Sequence record: OQ101248.1
Reading direction: 5' to 3' (one strand)
DNA: 55,181 nt
DNA from: Acinetobacter phage Acba_3
The position numbers and the translations under genes were made by a program. Under the pieces are notes generated by a model. That model did no database searches, had not been told where the DNA came from, and saw only the letters and a list, made by a program, of their open reading frames with translations. Of the stretch, positions 25,449 to 35,400 are shown one piece after another (the stretch's first letter is position 1; each line of letters begins with the position of its first letter).

Positions 25449-28400
25449 ATGGCTCAAGAAGCTCGCTTAGTAATTGTTATTGATTCGGAACGTGCGAAAC
25501 GCACTGCACAAGACTTATCAGTTGAATTGGATAGCATCACCAAAAAAGGGGATTTCGCCTCGAAATCTATGGACCGGATGTCTGTAGCAACTCGTGCACT
25601 AGCAGGGTATATGGCTGGTTTATTAACAGTAGGTTCAGCCATTTCAAAGATGGATACATATACTGGACTACAAAACCGCCTTAAGTTGGTCACTAATAAT
25701 CAAGTTGAACTAAATAAAGCTACGGAAGACACTTTCCGAATTGCTCAAAAAACCTATTCAGCATGGGATTCTGTTCTACAGGTCTACCAGCGTTTTAGTG
25801 ATAATGCCAAAACTTTAAACCTCACAATGGATGACACAGCACGTTTAACTGAAACAGTTTCTAAAGCTGTAGCAATTAGTGGTGCAAGTGCAGAAGCTGC
25901 TGATGCAGCTTTAGTTCAGTTCGGGCAGGCCTTGGCTAGTGGAACGTTGCGTGGAGAAGAACTTAATTCTGTAATGGAGCAAACCCCAGCACTAGCAAAG
26001 GCTATTGCTAAAGGTATGGGTATTACTGTAGGTGAATTACGTTCAGTAGCAGCTGAAGGAAAAATTACTTCACAAGAAATTGTAAAAGCGCTTAGAAATG
26101 TAGAATCTGATGTTGATGCTCTTTTTGCTAAAACAGATATCACAATCGAGCAGTCTCTCACACTCCTAAACAACGAGATCACAAAATTTGTTGGCGAAGC
26201 AGGTAAGGGAAGTGGTGCGGCACAGGTATTAGCTGGATCAGTTCAAACTCTTGCAAGTAATTTAGATTTAATTGCTGATGGGGCTTTAGTAGTTGGTATT
26301 GGATATATCACTCGTGCAATTTTGATGAAGAGCGCTGCTATTAAAGAGGGAATGGCTTCAACTTTAGCGAGCCGCCAAGCATCTGTATTAAATGCTCAAG
26401 CAGAATATGCAGAAGCTACCGCTGCTTTGAATGCAGCAAAAGCTCATCTCGCGAATGTGCGAGCAACAAATGCAGAAACCCAAGCTAAATTTGGCGCAAC
26501 AGCGGCAGCAACTCGATACGCACAAGCACAGGCAGCAGTAACTGCTGCTACAAATGCACAAACAGCAGCTCAAATTAAGCTAAATACTGCAACTTCAATT
26601 GCAGGGAGACTAGCTAAAGGGGCGTTTGGATTAATTGGTGGGTGGGCTGGAGTTGCAACATTAGGAGTAATGGGATTAGCGGCAGCCTATTCTTATTTTA
26701 ATAATAAGGCAGAGGGGGCAAAGCAAAAGCTTGCTGAACAAGCTAAAGTTGCTGAGAAAGCTGATGAGGAGTTAAAAAAATTAACTGGCAATGATAAGGC
26801 TAAAGCAGTTAATGATTTAACTACTGCTTTTAATGCACAAAATAAAGCATTAGAGAAATCATCGCGTGCTGTAGGGTCTGCATTAATTGATATCGAGAAC
26901 TATGCACGAGGAAATAGGGAGGTTGAAAAAATTTCCCAAGAAGCGAGAACTGGAACTATCAGCTATACAGAAGCCATTGAACGTCTAAATAAAATTAAGT
27001 TGCCTACAGATCTATATGAAAATCTGAAAAAACAGGCTGCGCAGTATGATGACAATGCATCTAAAGCAAGTTTATCAGCTGAGAAACTTAAATTATTAAG
27101 AGTTGAAGTGAAACTTGGAGGTAATGAAGCACAAAATGCGGCAATTCAGCATCAAAAACAAGCGGATGCTTTAGGAAATACTGCTACTGAAGCAGAAAAG
27201 GCAACTAAGGCTTTGCAAGATTATCAAGCCAAGCAAAAAGATAGCGTTATTGATTCAATCTATAAATCAGGTTGGCTTGATAAAGGTTACACTGTTGCTC
27301 AAGCTAATGCCATTTTAGAACTGCAAAAAGCTAAAGGAATGAGTGCAATTTTGTCTAAAGATGAAATTGATAGCGCACTTAGAAATCTCAAGATCATCGA
27401 AGAACAACAGGAGCGAGAAGATAAATTAACTGAAGCTAAAAGAAAGCAGACGCAGGAAATTGAAAAACAAGCAAAACTTACTAAACGCTTGGTCGGTATT
27501 TCCGGTCAATCCGGTATTGGTACTGGTCCACATCTTGACGTCCGATATGGTGGCTCATTGTCAGGTCAGAAAGTTTCTAATGAACATCTGGCTCGATTAC
27601 AGGCGGGAGGAAAACCTTTAACTTCCTACAAGATCAGTTCTAATTATGGTCCACGAAAAGCCCCAACTAAAGGGGCTTCTTCATTTCATAAAGGTATTGA
27701 TTTTTCAATGCCTGAAGGAACACCAATCACGACCAATGTTGCTGTGAAAGATATCAAGACATGGTATGACAGCAAGGGAGGTGGTTATGTCAGTGAAGTG
27801 ATCTTTGAGGATGGAGTGTCTCTTAAGCTTCTACATCAATCTCCCAAGATGCAGAGCAAGGTGAAAGGTGGTGCAAGTAAAGGAAGTGATAAAGCAGCTG
27901 GTGATATTCAATCTCAACTTGAACGTCAACAGGATTTGCAACGGTCACTTGAAAATGAGGTGGCTAGTGAAGTCGGACGGATTAACAATAATAGAAAGGC
28001 AAGACTGGAGGATGTTGATAAAGCAAACTTTAGCCCGGAACGTACTGCAGAAATAAAGGCGGAAATAAATCGTCGTGCAGATAATGATATTGCTATAGCC
28101 AAACAAGCCCTTAGAACGAAATTGGAAGACTATAAGGAGTTCCAGAAAACCGAGGAACAGTTACTAGAAGAGTCCTTTAACCGTAAAAAGTTCAATGCAG
28201 CTCATGACCTTGAATTAAGTAAGTTTGAGCAGAAGCAAGCTGTTGAATTGCTGGAACAGCAAAAACAGCAAGAGTTAGGGTTATTAAAACTAGCTCAGGA
28301 ACAGCGGTTGTTTCAAGCCCGTTTATCTCTGCTTTCTGAAACGCAAGCCATGCAGGAACGTTACAGACTCGAACGGGAGGAAATTCTTAAGAATACCAAG

Positions 28401-29423
28401 CTTTCTATAGAAGAGCGGCAAAAGCTAATCGCATTATCTAAAGCCAATCAGGATAAAGAGACACGCGATAAAGTGAATAATGCTGTTCAAAACTGGGGTG
28501 GTATTCAGGCGAGTATCACTGGTAATAGTGGTCAATTCGCTTTAGAACAGGAGCGCTTTCGCCGTTATGATGCTTCTCAAAAAGTATTTGATAGCCAGCT
28601 TGCTGATATTGAAACTCAGGAACAAGATCCAAATGCAAATATGGTAGCTCTAAATGCACAACGTGAACAAATCATGAAGGAGCACTTTGAGCGTTTGAAA
28701 TTGATTGAATCTACTTATCAAAATGATTCAATGAATCTCCAGTTGGGTTATGGAGCTAGTGTCACAGGGGCATTGGCTGGCATGTTTAAAAATATGCTTG
28801 GTGAGTCATCAAGTGCTTATCACGTTCTTTATGAAAGTCAACGTGCATTCGCATTGGCGCAGGCTGGAATGAACATGTGGAAAGCTGCTTCAGATGCTTA
28901 CGCAAATGAGCCAGGTACTTGGTACCAAAAAGCGGCAGCAGCAGCGATCGCGACAATTAAATCAGGTACATTTGTATCTCTCATCCAAGCTGCAACCCCG
29001 CAAGGATTTGCGGATGGTGGTTATACAGGTAACGGCCTAAAACACACTCCAGCAGGGATTGTGCATAAAGGCGAAGTCGTATGGTCGCAAGAAGATATCA
29101 AACGCTGGGGTGGTGTTAGCGTTGTTGAAAGTATGCGTCAAAGCAATCCAAGTGGTTATGCGAACGGAGGTTACGTTTCTAATAATCAGTCTGATGCTAT
29201 TGCAATACGTAGAGAGTCTAGACAGTTTGAGGCAATCAACTCTAATCAATCTCAATTGAATACGAACGAAAAGCCAATAAATGTGTATGTCACTGTTAAT
29301 GCCGATGGCACAAGTAAAACAGAGACAGAAAACGACTCAAAACAATTGGGCCAAATGATTGGTAATGCAGTAAGAACTATTATTCGCCAGGAACAAAGAC
29401 AAGGTGGTTTGTTATCTAAGTAA
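25449..29423 (+). CDS. Tail tape measure protein with embedded M23 (LytM-like) peptidase domain
   Basis: 1325 aa, Ala/Gln-rich helical repeats; M23 signature GPRKAPTKGASSFHKGIDFSMPEGTPI (aa ~740-770); ATG 25449 chosen because ATG 25404 overlaps an upstream terminator-like hairpin. Confidence 0.85.
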   Translation: MAQEARLVIVIDSERAKRTAQDLSVELDSITKKGDFASKSMDRMSVATRALAGYMAGLLTVGSAISKMDTYTGLQNRLKLVTNNQVELNKATEDTFRIAQKTYSAWDSVLQVYQRFSDNAKTLNLTMDDTARLTETVSKAVAISGASAEAADAALVQFGQALASGTLRGEELNSVMEQTPALAKAIAKGMGITVGELRSVAAEGKITSQEIVKALRNVESDVDALFAKTDITIEQSLTLLNNEITKFVGEAGKGSGAAQVLAGSVQTLASNLDLIADGALVVGIGYITRAILMKSAAIKEGMASTLASRQASVLNAQAEYAEATAALNAAKAHLANVRATNAETQAKFGATAAATRYAQAQAAVTAATNAQTAAQIKLNTATSIAGRLAKGAFGLIGGWAGVATLGVMGLAAAYSYFNNKAEGAKQKLAEQAKVAEKADEELKKLTGNDKAKAVNDLTTAFNAQNKALEKSSRAVGSALIDIENYARGNREVEKISQEARTGTISYTEAIERLNKIKLPTDLYENLKKQAAQYDDNASKASLSAEKLKLLRVEVKLGGNEAQNAAIQHQKQADALGNTATEAEKATKALQDYQAKQKDSVIDSIYKSGWLDKGYTVAQANAILELQKAKGMSAILSKDEIDSALRNLKIIEEQQEREDKLTEAKRKQTQEIEKQAKLTKRLVGISGQSGIGTGPHLDVRYGGSLSGQKVSNEHLARLQAGGKPLTSYKISSNYGPRKAPTKGASSFHKGIDFSMPEGTPITTNVAVKDIKTWYDSKGGGYVSEVIFEDGVSLKLLHQSPKMQSKVKGGASKGSDKAAGDIQSQLERQQDLQRSLENEVASEVGRINNNRKARLEDVDKANFSPERTAEIKAEINRRADNDIAIAKQALRTKLEDYKEFQKTEEQLLEESFNRKKFNAAHDLELSKFEQKQAVELLEQQKQQELGLLKLAQEQRLFQARLSLLSETQAMQERYRLEREEILKNTKLSIEERQKLIALSKANQDKETRDKVNNAVQNWGGIQASITGNSGQFALEQERFRRYDASQKVFDSQLADIETQEQDPNANMVALNAQREQIMKEHFERLKLIESTYQNDSMNLQLGYGASVTGALAGMFKNMLGESSSAYHVLYESQRAFALAQAGMNMWKAASDAYANEPGTWYQKAAAAAIATIKSGTFVSLIQAATPQGFADGGYTGNGLKHTPAGIVHKGEVVWSQEDIKRWGGVSVVESMRQSNPSGYANGGYVSNNQSDAIAIRRESRQFEAINSNQSQLNTNEKPINVYVTVNADGTSKTETENDSKQLGQMIGNAVRTIIRQEQRQGGLLSK

Positions 29424-29502
29424 CGCCTGAACTGTTTCCACTTTTCCGTTAATTGGGGTATAGTTTAATTAATATGGTCATACTTTAGTTATGGTCCTTA
29501 AA

Positions 29503-29528
29503 AGCTCGCTTATTGCGGGCTTTTTTTG
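29503..29528 (+). terminator. Rho-independent terminator
   Basis: gctcgc-ttatt-gcgggc then T7. Confidence 0.5.
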
Positions 29529-29540
29529 TGAGAAATAATC

Positions 29541-29882
29541 ATGAGTGACTTAAAATTTACCTTTGAGTGTGATCTTGAAGGTAATAATCAAACCCAACGT
29601 TTTAATACGTTATCAACAAAATTTGGTGACGGATATGAACAAAATACTTCAATTGGTATAAACAATCGATCTGGTGAATGGACCTATCAGCGCACAGCTA
29701 AGAAAGCTGAAATTTTGGAAATTAAAGCATTCTTTGATAAGCACAAGGGTGCTAATTCTTTTCTATGGGATTCGCCGTTAGATGGTGAAGTGCGCGTTAA
29801 AGCAGGGGATTATCAACCTGTTTGCTTGGGTGGAGATACGTGGCGCATTACAACCACATTTACTCAAGTTTTCTATCCATAA
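29541..29882 (+). CDS. Minor tail protein, lambda gpM-like
   Basis: 113 aa directly after tape measure, matching lambda M (109 aa) in size and position within an M-L-K-I-J order. Confidence 0.55.
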   Translation: MSDLKFTFECDLEGNNQTQRFNTLSTKFGDGYEQNTSIGINNRSGEWTYQRTAKKAEILEIKAFFDKHKGANSFLWDSPLDGEVRVKAGDYQPVCLGGDTWRITTTFTQVFYP

Positions 29883-29896
29883 TTTTTTCTCAACGG

Positions 29897-29917
29897 CTCC
29901 TTAAGGAGCTTTTTTAT
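29897..29917 (+). terminator. Rho-independent terminator
   Basis: gctcc-ttaa-ggagc then T6. Confidence 0.55.
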
Positions 29918-29936
29918 TGCTTATTGGAGCAGAAAC

Positions 29937-30287
29937 ATGGCTATTAAAACTTTAGATCTTGCTGAAGCATATATTGTCGGTGAATTACGCACTCAATTAT
30001 TAGATGCACGTAGTTTCGGGAATAATTTGCCTGCTGGCAGAATTGAAACTTTAGCGATTAATTATGATCGACCTTCTGATTCAGTGAATATTGCTGTTAC
30101 ACCAGGTGGTGGTTTAAACGGAAGTATGACTTTACTTGATGCTGACATCACAAAGTGGGCAATTCAAACGATCTTAAACACAGCTTATCTCTATCAGGTA
30201 GATGTAAACACTTTAAGCCTTAAATATGACTTGGCTGCTAAAAAAATTACTATTGAATATACTCCAGTTGTTTCAGGTCAAGCTTAA
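29937..30287 (+). CDS. Hypothetical tail protein
   Basis: 116 aa ORF between M-like and L-like genes. Confidence 0.4.
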   Translation: MAIKTLDLAEAYIVGELRTQLLDARSFGNNLPAGRIETLAINYDRPSDSVNIAVTPGGGLNGSMTLLDADITKWAIQTILNTAYLYQVDVNTLSLKYDLAAKKITIEYTPVVSGQA

Positions 30288-30296
30288 GGAGGTCTC

Positions 30297-30995
30297 ATGA
30301 CTTTACAAAGTGACTTCCAGAAACTTGAACCAGGTGGATTAATTCACCTGTATGAATTAGATGCCAGCTCGTATGGAGTTGGCATTCTTCGATTTCATGG
30401 CCATCAGCAAATGTAAAGTATTTTTTGGCAGGGTCAGGAGTTTGAAGCTATTAGTCTGGATGTCTCTGGTTTAGAAATGAGATCAGATGGTAAGGCTTCG
30501 GCTCCCACATTAACAATCGCCAATAACCTGAACGGAATACAAGGTGCAATTTCAGCTTACTGTCTCCAATGTAAAGATTTCGTTGGAGCTAAACTCAAAG
30601 TTATAACCACACTCACCAAGTATCTTGATGCCAAGAACTTTCCTGAAGGCAATCCAACAGCATCAAATGAATCAAAAGAGCAGATTTGGTATATCGAGCA
30701 GAAAACATCTGAAAATGCTCAACAAGTAACTTTTGAGCTTTCAAACCCGATTGATTTTGAGGGGTTGAGAATACCAGTTCGTCAAATTACTTCATTGTGC
30801 CATTGGTGCACGATGGGGAAATATCGTGGTGAAGAATGTGGTTATACCGGCGCTGCTATGTTTACAGAAAAGGATGAGCCAACTGATAACCCTGCATTAG
30901 ATCGATGTGGAGGAAGGTTGCGCTCTTGCCGATTACGCTTTGGAGAAAACAAGCCCCTTCCTTTTGGAGGATTCCCAGCATCAAGCTTAGTTTGA
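30297..30995 (+). pseudogene. Lambda gpL-like minor tail protein interrupted by an in-frame TAA (30414-30416); intact 3' segment corresponds to ORF 30477-30995
   Basis: AAGGAGG RBS then ATG 30297; 39 codons, TAA, then same frame continues SIFWQGQEFEAISLDVSGLEMRSDGKASAPTLTIANNL...; C-terminal YRGEECGY...C..C..C cluster and 232-codon total length match lambda L; N-terminal segment aligns with lambda L across the stop. Confidence 0.6.
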
Positions 30996-31001
30996 GGTCC
31001 T

Positions 31002-31757
31002 ATGAAACTAACAGCAAAAATCAAAAAAGCGGTAATGGCCCATGCTGATGAATGCTATCCGCATGAATGCTGTGGGGTCATTGTAGACAAGGAATATATC
31101 CCTTGTCGAAATGTAGCAAACAAATCAGATCAGTTTGAAATACATCCTGAAGACTTAGCTTTTGCAGAAGACCAGGGCGAGATATTAGCGTATGTGCATT
31201 CCCACCCTGACGGAACTACAAGAGCCTCAGAACTAGACTTAATTCAAATTGAGTTACATCAAAAGCCTTGGGTAATTTGTTCCTATCCGGATCTAGATTT
31301 TCAAATATATGAACCATGTGGTTATCGCGCCCCTTTAGTGGGGCGTAATTATTTTCACGGTTGGCAGGATTGCTACGCTCTTATACGCGATTTTTATAGT
31401 CGTGAATTAGGAGTCGAACTTATGGATTTCGAGCGTAAAGATGCTTGGTGGGAAGATAAAGATCATCCATCACTTTATCTTGAGAATTATGAGAAAGCAG
31501 GCTTCTATGAAGTAGATACGCCGCAATATGGCGATATGCTTGTTTGTCGTGTTGGGCGTACTGAACATCCCAATCATGCGGTTGTTTGGCTTGGGGATAA
31601 TGGGCAGCTTAAATCGGAACAAACTGAGCAATGCATAGGTTCAAGTCTAATTCTTCATCATCCATATAATCGTAAATCTGTTCGTGAAATTTATGGCCAA
31701 CAATGGCAAGAGCGAACAGTAAAGATATTGAGGCATCGAGATGTTAAAAACCATTAA
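31002..31757 (+). CDS. Tail assembly protein, lambda gpK-like (JAB/MPN + NlpC/P60 domains)
   Basis: MPN/JAMM motif E..HSHPDGTTRASELD; NlpC/P60-type Cys/His segment (GWQDCYALIRDF ... HPNHAVVW). Confidence 0.85.
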   Translation: MKLTAKIKKAVMAHADECYPHECCGVIVDKEYIPCRNVANKSDQFEIHPEDLAFAEDQGEILAYVHSHPDGTTRASELDLIQIELHQKPWVICSYPDLDFQIYEPCGYRAPLVGRNYFHGWQDCYALIRDFYSRELGVELMDFERKDAWWEDKDHPSLYLENYEKAGFYEVDTPQYGDMLVCRVGRTEHPNHAVVWLGDNGQLKSEQTEQCIGSSLILHHPYNRKSVREIYGQQWQERTVKILRHRDVKNH

Positions 31758-32412
31758 ACTGTATGGAGTATTGGGACAAAAGTTTGGCCGTGAATTTAAA
31801 CTTGATGTTTTAAATACACGTGAAGCTATGCGTGCATTAGCAGTACAAGTTGAAGGTTTCGAGCAGTTCATGTTGAAAGCACATGAGCAGGGACTCCAGT
31901 TTGCTGTATTTCTTAAGAGTAAAAATTCAAGCAAAAAGCGTGGAAAGAAAAGCCCATCAATTTATGACCATGAATCAAAACGACTGATTACTGGAGACAA
32001 TATCAGTGAAGACCAGCTTGATATGACTACACAAGCTGAAGTTATTCATGTTGTGCCTAGAGTAGTTGGAGCGGGCGGGGGTGGTGGCCTTCAAACAATT
32101 ATCGGGGCTGTTATGGTAGTTGTAGGGGTGGTTGTAGGGGTGTTTGCTGGATGGACTGGTGTTGGTGCAGTTGTGGCACAAGGGTTAATCGGGGCGGGTA
32201 TCGGCATGATGCTTGGTGGTGTGGCAATGATGCTTATGCCAAAGGTCGATAATACTCAGGACCAAAACCAAGATGGTAATAGGGCAAACCAAGGATTCGG
32301 TGGAGCTGTAACTACGGTTGCCCAAGGGAACCCTGTTCCAGTTTTATATGGCCAACGTGAAGTTGGTGGATTCATTGTGAGTGCTGGTCAGTATCCTGAA
32401 GACCAGATGTAG
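31741..32412 (+). CDS. Tail assembly protein, lambda gpI-like
   Basis: 223 aa (same length as lambda I), N-terminal ubiquitin-like segment and Gly-rich hydrophobic C-terminal region; overlaps K-like gene. Confidence 0.7.
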   Translation: MLKTIKLYGVLGQKFGREFKLDVLNTREAMRALAVQVEGFEQFMLKAHEQGLQFAVFLKSKNSSKKRGKKSPSIYDHESKRLITGDNISEDQLDMTTQAEVIHVVPRVVGAGGGGGLQTIIGAVMVVVGVVVGVFAGWTGVGAVVAQGLIGAGIGMMLGGVAMMLMPKVDNTQDQNQDGNRANQGFGGAVTTVAQGNPVPVLYGQREVGGFIVSAGQYPEDQM

Positions 32413-32435
32413 AAAATTTGTTGTGATGTTTTTTT

Positions 32436-32459
32436 AAGGCGCTTTAAGCGCCTTTTTTA
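32436..32459 (+). terminator. Rho-independent terminator
   Basis: aaggcgc-tttaa-gcgcctt then T6. Confidence 0.6.
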
Positions 32460-32478
32460 TTGCGCGAGATTTAAACCT

Positions 32479-35400
32479 ATGGCGATTGTAAAAGGCGCGA
32501 AAAAGGGCAAAGGTGAGGCAAGAAAACCTGTAGTTGCTCCAGATTCCGCACAATCTAAAACCTATATAAAAATCTTATATGGTTTAGGTGAAGGCGAAAT
32601 TGAAGGATTAGCCAATGGCAATCAATCAATATTTCTTGAAGGAACTCCACTACAAGATGCCAATGGGAATCTGAATTATTCAAACGTAAAACTAGATTTC
32701 CGTAAAGGAACTAATGATCAAGATTACATTGAAGGTTTTCCTTCAGTAGAAAGTGAAACTGCTGTCGATGTCGAATTGAAGTCAGGTGCTCCATGGGTAC
32801 GAGCTTTTAATAATATTGATCTTGATGCCGTTCGTATTCGCTTAAAGTGGGGACCACTTCGCCAGCAGGACTCAAGCACTGGTGATGTTAGTGGTATAAC
32901 AATTGAATATGCTATCGATATACAAACTGACGGTGGTGCCTGGACAGAAGTATTAAAAACAAAAATATCCGATAAGACTTCTGCAAATTATGAACGAGCT
33001 CACCGTATTGATTTACCAAAGGCCGATAGTGGTTGGTTAATCCGGGTACGTCGCATTACACCTAATTCAACCTCTGAGTTTGTAAGCGACAAAATGTATG
33101 TTGAGGCATTTACTGAAGTTGTTGATGCAAAATTAAGATACCCAAATACGGCATTATTAGGTCTGCAATATGATGCCGAAACTTTTGGAAATGTGGCGAA
33201 ATTAGCTGTAGATCTGAAAGGTCGATTGCTTTTAGTACCAACCAATTACAACCCGCAAACGCGACAATATACTGGAATTTGGGATGGTACTTTTAAAAGA
33301 GCTTACACAAATAACCCGGCATGGATTTACTACGACCTTTGTACAAATGATCGTTATGGTTTAGGAAATCGCTTAACCCCATTCATGATTGATAAATGGT
33401 CTTTGTACCGTTTAGCTCAATACTGCGATCAAAGCGTTTCCGACGGACTTGGCGGCCAAGAACCTAGATTTACATGTAATGTGTACATTCAAAATGCTGA
33501 AGATGCTTTCAGTATATTAATGAAATTGGCTGGTGTCTTTCGAGCGATTGCCTTCTGGGATGGTACAAGCATTATATGTGATGCCGATATACCACAAGAC
33601 ACATATTTCACCTATACCCGTGCAAATGTGGTTGGTGGTGTTTTCGAATACTCAGGAACACGTGCACGTGATCGGCATAATGTAGTTAAGGTTGCGTGGG
33701 ATAATCCTGCAAATCACTATAAAACAGAATACGAATTTGTTCGCGATGAAAATGCTATTGCTGAGTCTGGCCAAGTACGCATTCTTGAATTAGATGCGTG
33801 GGGATGTACTTCTCGTGGCCAGGCTCAACGTGCAGGCCACTGGGCTTTAAAATCCGAGCAAAAGGAGACTCGTACAGTTTCGTTTAAAGTCGGTTTAGAT
33901 GGGCATATTCCACTGCCAGGAAGAGTAATTGAAATTGCGGATGAACTGTTTGCAGGACGTGCTAATGGCGGACGTGTATCTAAAATTTCTGCTGATCTCA
34001 AAAGCATAACCATTGATCGAGATGACGTTATTGCTAAAGCTGGTGATCGTCTGGTTATCAATGGCGAAAATGGCAAAGCACAAACGCGAATTGTTCAGTC
34101 GATCTCTGGTCGGGTTATCACAGTAACACTTCCATTCGATGAGAATTCAATTGCTGTACAAAACGTATGGGTTCTTGATGCTCAAGATTTAGCGACAATG
34201 AAGTTCCGCGTAATTTCAATCTCGCAAGAAGAAAAACACCAATTTAGCATTACAGCGCTTCAGTACAACCCGCAAAAATTTGATGAAATTGATAACGGGG
34301 CATTCTTTGAAGATGCACCTATTTCAATTATTAATCCTTCAATCCAGGAACCGGTTAAAGATGTTTTGATTACGACTGAAAGTCGTGTTGATCAGGGTAT
34401 TAATATCACCACAATGATTGTGTCTTGGATGCAAGCGAAAGGTGCCGTTAAGTATCTGGTTGAGTGGCGAAAAGATGATGGATCGTGGATCCGGTTACCG
34501 CAAACAGGAAATAATTCAGTCGAGGTACCTGGTGTTTATTCAGGTCAATATCAAGCTCGTGTTACCGCAATTTCTGCTTTTGAAATCGCATCTTTACCGG
34601 TTACATCTTCCTTAACTGAAATTACTGGAAAGCAGGGATTACCGCCGAAAATAGCTTTTATACGTGCCACAGGTATTTTGTTTGGAATGAAGCTTGATTG
34701 GGGATTCCCTCCAACAGGTGCAAAAGATACAGCTTATACCGAAATTGAAGTTTCACCTGATGGCATCAACAATATTGCTCAATTAGGATTGTTTGCATAT
34801 CCGACTACCACTACCACAATCCAAGGTTTACAACCTAATCTTAGACAGTTTTATCGCGGTCGATTAATTGACCGGATTGGCAATGTTGGTCCTTGGTCTG
34901 AATGGGTCAATGGTACGACCACAGCAGATCCGGAAGCGGTTCTTGATCTTATTTCTGGTCATATTAATGAGAGTGATCTTGCCCAAGAGCTTCAAGGTAA
35001 AATTGAAAATTCAGTCGATGTATCTGAAGCAGCCCAAGCTGCAGCAAATAATGCCCAAGCTGTTGCTAGTAGCGCCCAAACTGCAGCTAACAATGCCCAG
35101 GCTGTGGCCTCTGAAGCTAAGACGGCGGCCTCGAGTGCTCAATCGGCAGCAACCACTGCTCAAACACAAGCTTCTTCAGCCCAAAAAATAGCAAATGATG
35201 CGAGTGTTATAGCGACCAATGCTAAAAATACTGCTGATCAGGCAGCTGAAGATGCGTCTTCAGCAATAACGGCAGCAGCAGAAGCAAAAACTACTGCTAC
35301 TAATGCGAATACGACCGCAACGAATGCACAAACAACCGCAAATAATGCTTCTTCGGCAGCATCAAAAGTTGCTTCAGATTTAACAACCTCAACAAATCAG

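Noticed and set aside
26388-26573. Cys-rich minus-strand ORF MSCCLCICSSSYCC inside the tape measure gene
   Set aside because: Antisense artefact of the GCA/GCT-rich (Ala) tape-measure coding strand; no RBS; fully embedded.
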